Counted from the stretch's first letter, positions 23,831 through 38,443 are shown. The stretch is DNA of 64,000 bases from Octopus bimaculoides (GCF_001194135.2 NC_068998.1:33264133-33328132); one strand, 5' to 3'. The notes: generated by a model not told the origin, from the letters alone. A program made the numbers and translations.

Positions 23831-25179
23831 ATGTGTCTTTGTTAGAAATCAATATTGAAAATAATTTTGTAGATTCCGTACACAGCTATAAACATTTGGT
23901 TTAGTGGTAACTATAGTTAATAAAGCCATAAACTCTTATTCTATAGGGCCCTGATGAAGGACAAATCTGATTTTGGCAAGATTGGACACCAAGTATCTAC
24001 TAATTCTACTACCTACTGTCTTTCATGGTAATAATAATTTTTTCTGCTGAAGGTACAATAATGAGAATAACTAGTGATTTCCTCCATTTTGGCCACTGAT
24101 GTAAATCTGTAGTAGATCAGCTTCCTTAGAAATTGAGCCCACATCTCTGCATGGATAGGGCATTTTATAATCAACAATAGCATATTTAGTAATAAATTTA
24201 GGGCAAGTTTTTGATGTGTCTAAGGAAAGTCATTATGCTAACTGCTTATGGATGGAGATACAATGTATTTCAATGTTTATTCCAACCAATAATCTTTTGT
24301 GATAGCTGCGATAAGTTGCTGGCAAATATCAAAGACTTACAGTTGTCTGTTGTATGTTGTGTGCCAAAATACAGATAGAACATTCCAGAATATTTTGTCA
24401 TTCTTTTTTTTTTTGCTATATGTAGCTTTGATTTTAAACACTTTGCAGAAATCATCTAAAAATGTAGTCAGACATTCACCTGCAGTGGTGTGAAAAGACG
24501 ATTCTCTCACCTTTGTCTTATAATTCACATTAATACTTTTTGTCACAGCTCACAAATATACATATTTACCATCTTTCCAGTTCTCTATCTTATATTCAAA
24601 TGAAGCTGACATCAGAAATAACACTTGTATCATTATCTAACATATATGTTCATCTGAAATCAACCAGACTGCACCTTTTGCAGTGTGAATTTAACAGTTT
24701 TCTGATTGAGTAAAGTAATCAGAATGAATATTACATCCTATTGAAAATACAGTTATGTCATCTTATCCTTCAACAATCTTCTGAACCTTTTGTTGTATCT
24801 ATGTTCTATTTTGTAACTCAAAATTTTTACCTCATTACATATCCATTCTTCTTGATTACATGGCTTGCTCAGCTAGATTTTGTTTGTTTAGTTAAAAAAT
24901 TCTCATTTGATTCTAGCTATACATTTTCACAAACCTTTTACATGTGTGTGCATGCACACATGCACACACATGCACGCACGCACACGCACGCACACACACA
25001 CATGCACACACACACACACACACACAAACATACACACACACATAAAATAAGTCAGTTAAAAGCCAAAATTTATGAGAAATACTAGTGACAAGATGTAAGA
25101 TAAAAAGAAAACTAAAGTAGTAATTGAAGTGAAAATGAGGTGATTGCTAAAATTATTAGGTGTTAGAAAGAAATGATAT

Positions 25180-26660
25180 GATAATAGAATGAAACAATTT
25201 CTCAAGTGCAGGCTCTTTCTAAATAACCAAAAGAAGCAAAAGGAAAAAACATTTGAAAAATTAGAAATAAAACATGGAAGTAATGCCATTCAAGATGCTA
25301 AAGTGACAGAGTTTTTAGCAAGGTATATGTGTGAACAATACTGAACATAATGTAAGAGTAGATTGAATTTTGAGGGCGAAAAGAAAAATAGTAAGAAAGC
25401 TTATCAACAAAAGACCTGAACATAATAATGGATATGCAATGAAAAACAAGCCAAAAAGCTTACCAGTTGGAGTTCATCAAACTAAGACATCTGAAGGTTA
25501 CTGAATGAAACATCTGCAGTCAGTTGTTATGATTGAGAATAGCACAAATACTTGATGAAAGCCTTGGCTCTGATTTTATCTCTGTCTGATGAAGTAAAGG
25601 AACGACAGTGTTCATAATGAAAGACATAATCAAAAAAGATGTGAATTAAATAAACTACTTGTCTTCCAATGATATGCTCACTATTGATCAGTATAATCTC
25701 CAAAGAAATCTGTCAACAATTCAGTATGAAAGTAACTGCTGCCAGAACAGAATAGTTGAAAGCAAAGCAAATGAATCAACGATTAATTCCTCTCTGATAA
25801 AACAATACTCTAAAATTTTAAAAGAGAACAGACATGGTTAGTTAGGCCTAGACTGATTATAAAAGACTTTCAATATGACCTGGGATAATCTAATGTGTGT
25901 ATATATTCAAAATAGCAGATAACATCAAATCATTTCTCTGAAGTAGCATGGACCTCTAACAGATGGAATTCATCTCAGGAAGAAACTATTTATAATTACT
26001 CTTAGCATTTTGACTTGTATTCCTAGAAAACTAAAAGCAGGATATAACTTAGGAAAAGGTGAACAAACCACAGCCACTGGGTATTTATGAATAATTTGAA
26101 ATTATTCAGCAAGAATGAACAACTCAATATTTTGCTGAAAAGCATGTGGGAACGTCAATGAGAACCTATATATAGAATTCAGCATTAATGTGTATGGTAT
26201 TCTGACCATGAAGAGGGACAAACTGTCTGAGAAGGAAGGAAATGAGTTCACTACTAGTGAGAATATAAATCAAATTGATAACAAATCTGGGAAGAGATAA
26301 ATATTTAGGAGTTTTGGAGCAAACAAAAAAAATTGAAGGGCTTATTGTAAAATAAATACTCTCAGAGAGAGCCAAGAAAATTTTACAATCCTACCTTGCA
26401 GTAAAGATGTTATCTCAGCTCTCAATTCATGCACTGTTTCATCATCTGATATGATGCAACTATCATCAACTGGAACCCCCAAGAATCAAATAACATCAGT
26501 TAGAAAACTGGACGAGTTGCTGACAATATGCAATATGCATCAAAAATGTACCTTAAACTATCAACAACTTTTCTCAGCTTTCACTGTCTCGTCTTTAGTA
26601 TATGAAATGTTGTTGGCATGTGAAACAGACTCTTTTAGGGGAAGCAAGTGTGATTTGTAT
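25180..26660 (+). mobile_element. Degraded R4/Dong-like RLE LINE, RT region
   Basis: KQFLKCRLFLNNQK; KKQAKKLTSW; TTCLPMI; DKTIL...DYKKTFNM; RKLKAGYNLGKG...VFMNNLKLFSKNE (FMDDLKL-like); DKYLGVLE; VISALNS...RKLDELLTI.NMH. Confidence 0.75.
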
Positions 26661-26889
26661 AGAATTTGTCACCAGAATGTGATCTATGTAGACTTTATTG
26701 TTGAAATTTGAAATTTGTGACTTCATAGTTAGATTTTTAAACCATCAGTCTCATGATGATGAGACAATGAAAGTTAAGAAATGTTAACGGATTTTAGTTA
26801 TTATTCCAACAAACTGCAAGAGAGTTATGTATAAATATAAAAATATCTATAATAAAAATAGATAATAAAGAAATCATAATTGTGTTTTC

Positions 26890-26941
<52 letters not shown>

Positions 26942-27205
26942 CACACACATACATTTATATATAAATACCCAATATGATAATTTTCAAATGAAAAATTAGT
27001 CAAAAATTCTAAAATAAAATTTAAAACAGAACAGTTTTGAAAAGTGTTTCTGTATATGTGTGCCCGCATATATATTTGTGTGTGTGTATGTGTATGTGTG
27101 TGTGTATGTGTATTTGTGTGTGTATGTGTATGTGTGTGTGTAGGTGTAGGTGTGTGTGTATATGTGTGTGTATGTGTGTGTGTATGTGTATGTGTGTGTG
27201 TGTGT
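26890..27205. repeat. (CA)n tract and (GT/GTAT)n tract in opposite orientation
   Basis: Direct reading: 26890-26960 and 27055-27205. Confidence 0.9.
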
Positions 27206-28539
27206 TCTATCATTTTTTTTCTGCCCAATTCACAATTTTGAATTTATATTAGTGATTTAGTGCTTTCATGTTTAAGAGTATTAATTTTCGCCAAAATGTT
27301 ATTCAAAATCTTTTTGTCTTCTCAAATGATATTTAGTTCTCTCATGAATATCATTTTATGAAATAGAATCAGCATAATAGTGCAAATTTTAATGAAGTTG
27401 CTTCTACTATGAAAGAAGAAACCGAAATGGCCACCTACAAATAGAGGTAGGATGAAATTAAAACTGACAACCTTCCAATATATTTTGACAGTGCTCTTTC
27501 TCTAAGGAATAAATTTATACAATTGAAAATGTAATGACTTAAAATTATTGCCAAACTTCACTTTGTTACAGTTTCTAATCTGTTTTGTTTTATATATGTT
27601 AATTAGAAGAAGGGGAGAGTTCATGTGTTTGCAGGCCTTACTAAACTGATGAGATTGATACAGGTGGTGTTTTGCTTGAATATTTCTCCCCTAATATCTG
27701 TAAGAAAATTATGGTAACCAAGGGAATTCCAGAGAGTTGCACTTTTAAATATAAAGTGGGAGGCAAGTCACTACTAATATTATTGCAGGTGAGGAGAGAT
27801 GGATGGGCCTGGAGGAAAAGCATGTGTAATTGACTTCTTCAAGTTAGAAACGGTCATTCTTGTAGTAGTAGTAGTAGTATTAAAAGAGGCAGAGTGTTAA
27901 ATAGAGGAAATTGCACACCTGTGAGCTGTTAATTGAATCAGATTTGTGAGTGGATCTTTTACAGAAAGCTGAAGGTATTTTTTTTAAGGATCTAGTCCAA
28001 GATATTTGAGTGTGTGGCAGTAGCACCATGTAAGCAATACTCCAGTATGAATTATAATTGAGCATTTTGAGCAAGACTGAAGTATTTATAGCCCTAAAAA
28101 TGAAAGGGACATATCTTTGAAACTATAACATCATGTCAATCCCCAAGAATAGTCACGAGATTGTGAAATGTAGCATCTGCAGAGACTTTCATGAGTTTTT
28201 TTTCATAATCTTATATTTTTAACAAATGAGGATTTTGGTTTTGTGACTTCAGCTGAGAATGTAAAATATATCACACAAATATTATAAGAGCTCCTATCTT
28301 GAACTATGGTACTTCTCGTTCTGCACTAATTGGCTGAGGATATCCAGTTGGATTAACTTTAGCATTTAAGTGGAAAGTAACATTTTTAATCCAGTGAGCC
28401 CCACAAAATAATTAACTAAAATTACAATATTAATGAAAAAAATCATTTGTTTTAATGATTAATTCTGGTAAGAAAAGTAAGGAAGATATCTTAATTCTAT
28501 GGTCTCTGCAGGCCTTACTTACATGCATAAACATTTTGG

Positions 28540-29371
28540 GGATCTTTCTGATTTAACGGGCAACACTTTTCATTAATGTTTTATGTAGTGTTTTTGGTAC
28601 CGAAACACTTTCAAACTTCGTATACTTGTATATTTTGTGTTATAGAACAGATAAAAATGTTTGTATTCAAAGTTATTTCATGTAAAAAATTGTCGTATTT
28701 CGGTAATTTCAACCAATCACTGACATCTATTGAGGTGAAAACAATTACTGCCGTGGAATGTAAACAATGGTGTCATGGGATCTTTTCCCTTGAATAAAAT
28801 TAGTGCCGTTGTTTGTCAACAACAACTATCAGTGGTATATATTTCGTTTGTCACTGTTATTTATGTTCAGGTTTTAGGGTTAGGGTTCAGGTTTTAGAGT
28901 TAGGGTTAGTTTTAGGATTACAGTTAGGGTTATGATTATTTTTGCCATAACCTCACTCATAACCTTGACCCTAACCCTAAAACTCTATAACTCATAACCA
29001 TAAACCTAACCCTAACCCCAACCCTAACCCTAAAACTCTAACCCTAACTCTAAAACCCGAACCCGAACCCTAAAACCCTAAACCCTTACTAGGGAATAAT
29101 GATATAATTAAACAGGGAATAACACTCTTGACACCGGCAAAAATTATTGTTTATAAAAAGAGCAGTAACTGTATTCAGCTGAATAGACATCAGTGATTGG
29201 TTGAAATTACAGAAATATGACAAATTTAACATGAAATAACTTGCAATATATAAATTTTTGTTAAGAAAGCTAAGACAAAAAGATGTTTTATATGACACAT
29301 TCTACCAGTATCCCAAGTTTGAAAGTGTTTCATTAAGAAAACAAGTGTTGCCCGTCAAATCAGAAAGATCC
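28540..29371. mobile_element. MITE with long degenerate TIRs, 8-bp TSD and telomeric-repeat core (copy 1)
   Basis: Termini GGATCTTTCTGATTTAACGGGCAACACTT / AAGTGTTGCCCGTCAAATCAGAAAGATCC. TSD CATTTTGG at 28532-28539 and 29372-29379. TTAGGG-like run at ~28867-28934 then CCCTAA-like run at ~28946-29088. Confidence 0.92.
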
Positions 29372-29771
29372 CATTTTGGATGGTAATTTAACTTTTTGGC
29401 AAAAATTCACTTGTTAATGTATTATAACTATAACACTACAAATGCACTCTGCCTTTCAGTGTTTCTATTGACATCCAATCAAATTGTTACAGGTCAAATA
29501 TTTGTTGGTCACTTCATTGTTATCAGTTCAACATGTGGTCAATTCATCATCAGCAACCAAACATAATGCCACCGGATTATGAAAAGGCACTTAAATTGGA
29601 AAATAAACTAGAGTTAAAGAATACAAACTTTTTATTTTTATAGACATGGAAAAAAAAAATATTGAAGTTGAGTGTTGAAAAATTTCCTTTTTATTGTTTT
29701 CAGTTTGTTTCTTTAAGTTACTAAGCACATCAACACAAAGAAATATGGGTAAAATGACACATATCTGTATA

Positions 29772-31208
29772 TCTGTATATATATATAAAAGGCAGGATGT
29801 GTGTGTGTGTGTGTGTGTGAATGTAATTTGTGCACGTCCACAAATTAGCATGCATGTCGCTCCAATTTTAGGAGGACATTCATCATGACCCTAGCTGTAT
29901 TTTCGTCAAATTATTTTCCTCCGAGGCACTAGCAAATAACGGTAAAAATAAATTTTCAACCATAACTTAACAATTTTCACGGCGGAGAAATCCACCATTG
30001 TTTGCAAACATGAGTTAAGTCCTGTTCTAGCGATGGGTAAGTTTTTGTTAAGACATTTGTTTTTTTTTTCCCATCGAAGAAAAAATGTTTTGTCAATATA
30101 TGGGCAACACACACACACACACACATATGTACGTACACCTATTGCATACATGTTCATGTGTGTGTGTGTGTAACTGAAGCTATTTACACATAAATACATA
30201 ACAACCCGTCTATCTCCTTTTGTCTGTCAATCACACTAAAAAGACGAAATAAAAAACTGTTATCTATCACTCTCTTTCTCTTCACACACACTAACAAAAC
30301 AACTTCTCATACACACTACACTTTCTGTGTTGCACACCCCATCAAACACGCACACACACATGCACACGCATACACACACACACACACGAACATGTATGCA
30401 TACAAAAAGCATGTATGCAATAGGTGTACGTACGTGTGTTTATGTGTATGTGTATATATATATACTTAAGACTTAGTTGTGATCTGAACATAACCGCTTC
30501 TGACACAGAGGATTGGGAGCCCTTTTGGGTGTTCTATTTTCGTTGCTGGAAGGGTCCCCAGCCCATGAGCAAAGGGAGGGGTAGATGATGGGGGTAGTGT
30601 TTTCAAAAGGGCTGGCATGTGCAACCTGATCACCTCTGCTGATCAAACTCCCAACCTATGTGTTACCGTCACGACACTGCTTCTGCAGAACTGGGTTGGG
30701 TGTGAAAACCAACTTTAAAGTATAGATTTTTTGAATCAGCAATGTTGTGTTCGGTTAAGTCCTATTTGGGGTGAAAAATCAATAAACTGATTCCTTATGG
30801 GGTTCTCCATTTAATCAGGATAAAATTTAAATCGATAAACAGATTCCTTATAGGATTTCCAAATAAAATTGGCTACACCCCATTTTCAACCATAACTTTT
30901 ACCAATTTTGATGTATTTTGTTCAAACTTGATGCCAGCATTACTTAGGACTCATTGGATCTTTGAATACTTTAAGTTCTCCAAAAACAGAAAAAAAAAAA
31001 ACAATCGATGAGTGGAAAAACTCAATAAACTGATTCCTTATGGGATTTCCCAATCAAATTGTCTGTAACTCATTTTCAGCCAAAAGTTTACCAATTTCAA
31101 TGGATTTCACTCAAATTTGACATTGATGTTAGTTTGGTTTGAAATAAAGAGCTTGATTAGCTTAATAACCCTAACTTAATCCCAGGCAAAGCCAGGCTAT
31201 ACTGCTAG
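29772..31208 (+). mobile_element. Non-autonomous Helitron
   Basis: 5' A|TCTGTATATATATATAAAAGG. 3' degenerate hairpin CCCAGGCAAAGCCAGG (31181-31196) then CTAG|T (31205-31209). No TSD. Internal inverted and direct subrepeats. Confidence 0.7.
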
Positions 31209-32734
31209 TAGAATATAAATGATGAAATAATTAATACTTATGAATTAATATACGAAAGAAAAATAACTTTGTCTAAAATTTAATTTGCTTAAAATAATGT
31301 ATTTAAACATTTATTAAGAGCACAAAAGTGACTGATAAAATCTAAAGTTAACAAAGAAAATACATTGAAATTTTAAAATTTCAGATTATGAGCAGCTACT
31401 TTTGAGAAGTTAATTTTTAATTCAGAATCGTCTATCACATTTCTAATGCACTCATTCATATCTCAGCATGTCTTCTTTTGGATGGTTTCTTCTTGGATGA
31501 ATTATTATTATTATTTAGGACTTGTTTGGATTCATTACAATCTATGTATTCTTCATAGCAAAATTAAGTGTCTTTAGATATATGAAATATTCTCATTGTA
31601 ACTATTCTTATTTCTCCAAAACCAAAGTCTTCAATCTTTTACATTACATATTAAACATAACCAGCTCAAAATACACTTATAACCAGCCGCAGCAATGATA
31701 TAATACCTGCAAGACTTCTTGAGTGAAGAAAAAATTGGTATTACTTTTAATGCACATAGTTTAAACTAAAACCAAAACAAATGTTACAAACTGATACCTG
31801 AATAACAGAGTGAAATAACAATTATTCTAACTGGGATGCTAATAACAAATTGGTTTGGTGCTGTCTCTTTTACCTCTTCTGTTAATGGCTTTTACACCTG
31901 TAAATTTACAAGGCTTGTTTTACTCTAAGGAGTTCCAATCATTACTTTGAAACTTGTTGCCTTAAGTTTTAAAAATGTGATCCTTATTTTTTTTAGGATA
32001 GTTAAAAGTGTTTCACAGGAATATCTGATTTAGTTCATGAGATTAGATACATTATGGGTATCTTGTGTTAGATACAGTATCGATAGTTTGGGAAAGAACT
32101 GGCTGTCTCACTAGATTGGTCAAGTAAATGTAGAGAAATACCTTCATGGGCTTAGTGGATAAGTATACTGAATAAAAATTGGAGATTTCTAGATCAGAGT
32201 TAGACTGATAAATAAAATACATCTGCCAGAGTACATTTCATTTGATATGATCTAATGTAAAAGGAAAAAAAAAACAGTTTAAAAATATGAAAGAGATTAA
32301 CCACTTATAACTGCCACAGATAATCCAGGAAGTATTGCATTTAGTAAATTCTTCAAGACACTGTAATTATGTGTTGGTGTTGAATTTTGAAATATATGAA
32401 ACAGAGAATGCATGGTAAATACAATTCCTTATAAGCATTGTATAACTGATTAAGTTAGTTAATCCTTTATGTATGATAAGGGAATTTGAGAAAGTTAATA
32501 AACCAGGTTTCAGCAGCTTTAGGCAAATAAAAAGAAATTTTCCCTGCACAAGATAGGATGTTAGTTTAACAGAGGTAATGTTGCACTAAAAGTCTGAGAT
32601 ATATACATGTAAATGTCACAATATTGACCAGATTATTGAATGTTGTTATACACTAGTGGTCGCAATACACATTGAATGGTTTTAGCTTTCAAATGATGCC
32701 ACCCTACTGGCTTGGTGGGTTGGCCAATATATAT

Positions 32735-32872
32735 ATGTGTGTGTGAGTGAGTGAGTGAGTGAGTGAGTGTGTGTGTGTGCATGTGTGTGTGTGTGTGCGT
32801 GTGTGTGTGTGTGTGTGTGTGCGCGTGTGTGTGTGTGTGTGTGTGTGCGTGCGCGTGTGTGTGTGTGTGCAT
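32735..32872. repeat. Compound (GTGA)n/(GT)n microsatellite
   Basis: Direct reading. Confidence 0.95.
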
Positions 32873-34859
32873 GTAATCACCCACTAGAGAAATTAAATTG
32901 GACTATTAAGGGAGTCTTCTATGCAGGTGCTTGGCCTACTAACAAAATCACATTGAAGCTATACCCCATTACCTTAAGAAAAGGTAAATTGACACTAAAT
33001 ACTGCACATTTAATAGCCATATTACCCTGCTATTTAGAAGGGATGATATATGGTTAGCCCTCTTGCAACGCCCAGATCGATTGATTGGCCCAAGTGATTC
33101 AAGCTGAAAGGACTTTGAGGCTGGTTCATTGGCCTGATGAAACAAATGTTTTGAAGTGTAATAGCCAATCAGAGATTGTTTTTTAGTAGATATAATATAA
33201 AACTATATAATATATGTAGTTTTTACATACTAATAAAAGAGTTTTAAGCACTTTATCCTTTGCTTTCTACATGCACCCATCAATTTCAATCTCAACAAAA
33301 AAAAAAAAAGCATTTTGATCTTTTTGGTCACATTAGGCCAAAATACCATGTGTCTCAAAAGGGTTAATGTCATTCTTATATTCAATATTTCTGAATGAAA
33401 GATGAAATGGCTTTGACTTGTTTATATCAATCATAAGTCTACACTGTCAGAGTTGCCTGGATCAAACAACAACATCAATTGCTATTTTTGTTATTCACTT
33501 CATTATTGAACTTGGATTGTTCAAGAAACATATTTCTATATATTGAATATAACTGTGTATTCATTGTTTTTTATTCTTCATTATATTGAAATTCATGTAC
33601 TGAATAATGTTCGTTGTATCCATGGCCATGATAACCTCTTACAGAGTGCAGAACAAAAAAAAAAAAAAAATCCTGTGACAAAATGTACTCTTCAAGGAAG
33701 TTTACATTTACTTGTAGAAGAAACTGTAAGTTGGATTTTTAATGAGTTTCCTCATTAGTGAATAATGAAAAAGCTGCAAGATAAATCAAGCAAGTTTATA
33801 AAGTAAATCAATGTAATAGGATAGTTAATTTGAAGACAATGAAAATGTTGGTTGCATGCTTAATAAATGTCACGAAAACAAAATCTATGTCAGAGTGGAG
33901 TCAAATAAATGATTATAAATATTTGCCAGGATGTCTAAGAGATGCTAGCAAAGATTACTAATATGTTGAATATAATCTAGAAGTATTTCTGTTTTGGTAT
34001 TAAAAGAAAACATGCAATAGAAAGAAGATGTGAAATAATTTAGGTGTTAAGCATTTTGTTGTTTAGAGTAGGAGTGTAACATTTTATATTTTAAGTATTC
34101 TTTTGTCTGGCTATTTAATACAAATATAAGCATTGATATTTCCTGCATTCACTGCAATAAGGATCATTGAGACCAAATCTCATTAATATTGATTTAATTT
34201 TAATTACTCGTAATCAATTTTATATTGAAGCAATAAAGTAGGTGTACCATTGATAAACAAGAATCCTTTTGAATGGTGGGACTGCCTTCCTCCTCCCCAC
34301 ACTCTAACTGCAAGTATTAATTAACAAACAAACACACAAAACCTGTTGCATTCATTTTTCATTTATTTATTAACAGTACTTGTCTCCTATGAAATGTTGC
34401 ACGATCTCAATCTGGTCTCAGATATTATTGCAAATTTTTCACACTTCATTCGTAGCCAGTATTATTAAGACGTAAATGCAAAGTAAATTTAATATACTTT
34501 GTATGCGTGTGTGTGTGTGTGTGTGTGCATGTGTGATCTTTAATATCTAAATGACACTTGCATGAGATAATTGCTTTAGTTTCAACATTATCTCAGATCA
34601 ACTCACTTAGCAAACAAGTACAACTCCAAAACAAAGAAATAAGGAAATGTGAAATGAATCTTCTAACAATATGTCTATAATAGTAAAACAGACTGAGTAA
34701 ACTGTAACTCTAAGAACACTGTGAAAGTAATTATACTTAAAATGCATCAAACAGTAAATAGCTGTATTTGATAAACCTAAACTGAAATCAATGCTGAAAT
34801 AAAATGATAGGCCTGGATGATAGATTACTGAAGATCAATGACTACATTTGTGAAACAAA

Positions 34860-34966
34860 AACACACACACACAGGCACGCATGCACACTCGCATGCACAC
34901 ATGCACACATGCACACACACATGCACACATCCATCCATCCATCCATCCATCCATCAATCTATCTAT

Positions 34967-35034
<68 letters not shown>

Positions 35035-35035
35035 G
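34860..35035. repeat. Compound (CA)n-(CCAT)n-(CTAT)n microsatellite
   Basis: Direct reading. Confidence 0.95.
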
Positions 35036-36109
35036 TGAATACACCCACACACATATTTGTATAGAAATGATCATGTTAAAACTGAAATTTAATTCGTTAT
35101 AAAACCTTATTTTGTGCATTTAGTAGTCACAAAATATATCTAGCACACAAGATATAAAAGTAGAGTCATGTGATCAACAACACAATTACCTCTTCTTGAA
35201 CTGTTACTGCTGTCATGACAGCAGTGCAATTTGATGTTTTGTCATTGTGGTAAACAACTATAAATCATATGGTATCAATCTCAATAAGTAAAGCTCCATT
35301 GTACATTATCAGATGTTTAGAAAAACAAGATTTCTGAAAGAGGAACAGTTAGTTATTTAGAATTCTACAGACAACAAGTTACCACACCTAAAAAAACTTT
35401 AGTCAGATAGTCAAATGCAATCATTTAGTCACTAGTTATGTTGCTTTATTAAATTTGTTTTGATCCAAAGTCTTAGCATTGCAAGACTATTTCTATAGAT
35501 ATGTAACAAGGGAGGGTTTGTATTATGTTCTGGAACTAAATTCATTAATTATATTAATAAGGAAGTTGTTCATGTAATACAATTAAAGGAAACAATAAGA
35601 TGAAATGAGATTTATGACATGTACATAAAGTATTTATTAGAAATTCAACATTTGGATTAATTTTTACACATCACATACATATTCATGCTTCTGTGGTGTG
35701 TTTTCTTCTTCTTCAATCATTCAACGTTGAATGTGTAGCTGTAAAAATAGCTATGAAGAGAGAGAATGCTAATTTGAATCGGATCATGTTGAAGGTGGTG
35801 AGATTGGAGAATGTCATGGTGGTTGCGATGCTCTACCCAAATTGGCAGCAAATTTGACTGCATTAATAGGCTGTGTTTATGGAAAGTCTAAACAAGCCAC
35901 CAAACTATCATGCAAACAACAAACTTTCATTGGATAACAATTGGGTTTGTGCACATGATTGAATTGTGATTTTTATATGGAAGTGTTATGTATGAAATTT
36001 ATTGACTACAAGGTACTAAATACCTCAACTGCCCTTGTGTATATGCACTTATGTTTTGGGTGGAAGGTTAAAAGTATTGTTGAAGTGTTATATAATATCA
36101 GTTGCATTT

Positions 36110-36290
36110 GTATTTGTTTCAGCTTTTTACATTATGAATTCAAATCCCATGGCAGGCAAAGTTGTTTTGCCTTCCATCCTTCCAATGTTGATGAGATAGA
36201 ATAGTAGTAAAGGACAGAATACGATATAATCAACTGTTCCCTTACCCAAAATTCGAGGTATTGTGCCTCCGTTAAAAATCACTATTATTT
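36110..36290 (+). mobile_element. Degraded SINE, second family
   Basis: GAATTCAAATCCC (B-box-like)...TTTGCCTTCCATCCTTCCAATGTTGATGAGAT...AAAATTCGAGGTATTGTGCCT, as in 53754-53973. Confidence 0.6.
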
Positions 36291-36789
36291 AGTCATAGAA
36301 AAAGCAAGATCTATGACTTTGGATGCCTTCTCAGATTGGTGAAATTAATGTGGTTGATGAGGACTGAGCTATTGTGATTCTGCTTCTGCATCTGTAGGAA
36401 AAAACATGGGTAGTTGGAGAATTCCATATATATGTAGTTCTGAGAAGGAAAGATTAAAGACAGTATTTAGTGAAAGGTTTGAAAAACTAGGAATAATAAG
36501 GTAAGAAATTAGTCCATAAGGTAGCTGAGGTGGAAGCAAATCCAGCTTTTTTATTCAGAAAATCAAAAGTAATGGTTTCGTAGAAACTTCTTGATCTATA
36601 TATGTCTGACTCAACATGGACTGCTTAACAAATTAGGTCAGTGCTTATATTCTGTTCTGTTAGTATTAAGCAGATAAGAGATGCATGTCCCCAAGGCTAG
36701 AATGCTGGTCTATTGCATGGATGTTCCCATGAAAGGAATTAAACTTAGTACAACAAAGTCACTACTGGGATATACCTTGACATTTAAAA

Positions 36790-36995
36790 GCATACCTCAG
36801 TGTACCCCATTCCAAGAAAGGCAATCTCTATGACCCAACCAACTATTTTTCCATTTCTCTCATTTCTAACATTTCAAAGGTAATGGAGACATCAATTAAC
36901 AATGACATTCTCCAACACTTTGAATCTCTCTCCTTGCTCAGTGAACACCTGTATGGCTTCCACATAACCTTGGGTACTTGTGACACTCTCTCTGT

Positions 36996-37028
<33 letters not shown>

Positions 37029-37835
37029 ACACTCACACACACACACACACACATGTTTCACCTGTGGGATGTTTCTTTTGAAAATTTGGTGAAAGTAATG
37101 TTGTTACACTAAAACATCAGCAATTTCTTTGATTTTCTCTGATATGCAAACCTCCTGTCAAACTTCTCACCTGTGGGATTCACCTATTTCATATCTCTTG
37201 GATTAGTAGCTTCTTATATGATCAAAACATCGTAGTATGTATTAATGGAGATCTTTCTGCTCCACTCTCAATCAACTTTGGTGTTTCCCAAGTTCAGTTT
37301 TGTACCCCACTCTGCTGTCTATACATGAACGACCTATTTGTAGCCATATCTAGCAATGCCCAATCTTATGCAGGCAGCACAGCCCCTTCATTCCTTCGTA
37401 ATTTTCCCTAACCATATGCCATTTGCATACAGTCTCCACACTAGATGCTAAGCCTGCACCAATGCTACAGACAGAGGAATTCAGAGAATCCTTCAGAGGG
37501 TCCATGTCAGCTTTGTTGCTTTAACATTGGAAAATACTCAAATATTACTCATTTCAAGAAAATCAATCATTCCAATTGCTGGATCTCCCTGTCACCAAGG
37601 ATTTGTTCTGGTAAAAGCACATCCTTAGAAAAGCCAGGATTGTATGCCAAAGACTGGCTTTTCTCATCAGAGTCATAAAATATTTCAGCCCTCAACAGCT
37701 GCTGACATTCTATAGGGATCAAGTGATGCCTAGAATAGAGTACTGCTTTCACATCTAAGACAGTGCTGCTACTATGCACACCAATATTCTGGGCTATATT
37801 TAGAGGAGAGGAGTCCTTTGACACTAATAGACAGG
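36790..37835 (+). mobile_element. Degraded CR1/L2-group LINE RT fragment with a CT/CA microsatellite insertion
   Basis: KKGNLYDPTNYFSISLISNISKVME...LLSEHLYGF; WISSFLYDQNIVVCINGDLSAPLSINFGVSQ; YMNDL...QSYAG (YADD-like); LFW.KHI...YFSPQQLLTFYRDQVMPRIEYC.HI. Confidence 0.8.
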
Positions 37836-37949
37836 CCTCCTCTCTATCTCTCTCTCTCTCTTATCTCACTACTATAATATAATGGCCTTTGTTCTTTGGA
37901 ACTGATTGGTCTTAGTTTCTCACTAGTCAGTTATCTCTGACTCACAGCC

Positions 37950-38270
37950 CTTTTTACCTCACACCATGATTGCTGTGTTCAACTCTCTTGACTCTACGCT
38001 AATCAATGTACTGTCTCCTTTATTTCCAGAACTTTGACCCTCTGGCATTTTCTCTCTATTCATCTTTTCTGCAATCATTGATTTGTTTAGACAGAACAAT
38101 ATCACCAAGCCCACTGGTTTTGGAGGGCCTATAAAGATCCTTCTAGACTCAACAACCTCTTGGCTGGTTTTACAATACCATTTAAGCTGAGCTTTATAGA
38201 TATATATCTCCATGCATCTATCTGGTTGACTGCAAAGATTCACTGAACATCATGCCATAGATGTAGTTTC
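37950..38270 (-). mobile_element. Possible RTE (BovB-like) C-terminal fragment
   Basis: CMEIYIYKAQLKWY resembles SIE..L.KAQLRWAGH. Little other support. Confidence 0.35.
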
Positions 38271-38443
38271 CTTTCTGTTTTCTGTACTACAATAAAACAC
38301 TGAAGGGTATTTCATGTATACTTAATTATATGGAAAATGTCAAGCCTATGAAGTGTTGATAGTACACAAATGCATATCATAGGAGCTTCTTGGCTTTATA
38401 ATTACAGTGAGAGCTGTTCTGAAATATTTGTTTTAGAATTTTT

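Noticed and set aside
28867-29088. Ancient telomere-telomere fusion site (TTAGGG then CCCTAA)
   Set aside because: It lies inside a TIR element with a TSD, and a second family copy exists in the window, so it is transposon-borne.
31430-32000. Possible APE endonuclease remnant on the minus strand
   Set aside because: Faint similarity (IISLLRL..ISVF, YSG) with many stops; below my evidence threshold.
33075-33175. Cluster of CCAAT-box motifs suggesting a promoter
   Set aside because: Short motifs in probable repeat-derived sequence, with no TSS, exon or CpG-rich context to support them.
32296-33367. Possible TTAA-flanked (piggyBac-like) MITE
   Set aside because: The right end AAAAGGGTTAA fits, but the left end TTAACCACTT does not form a convincing TIR.
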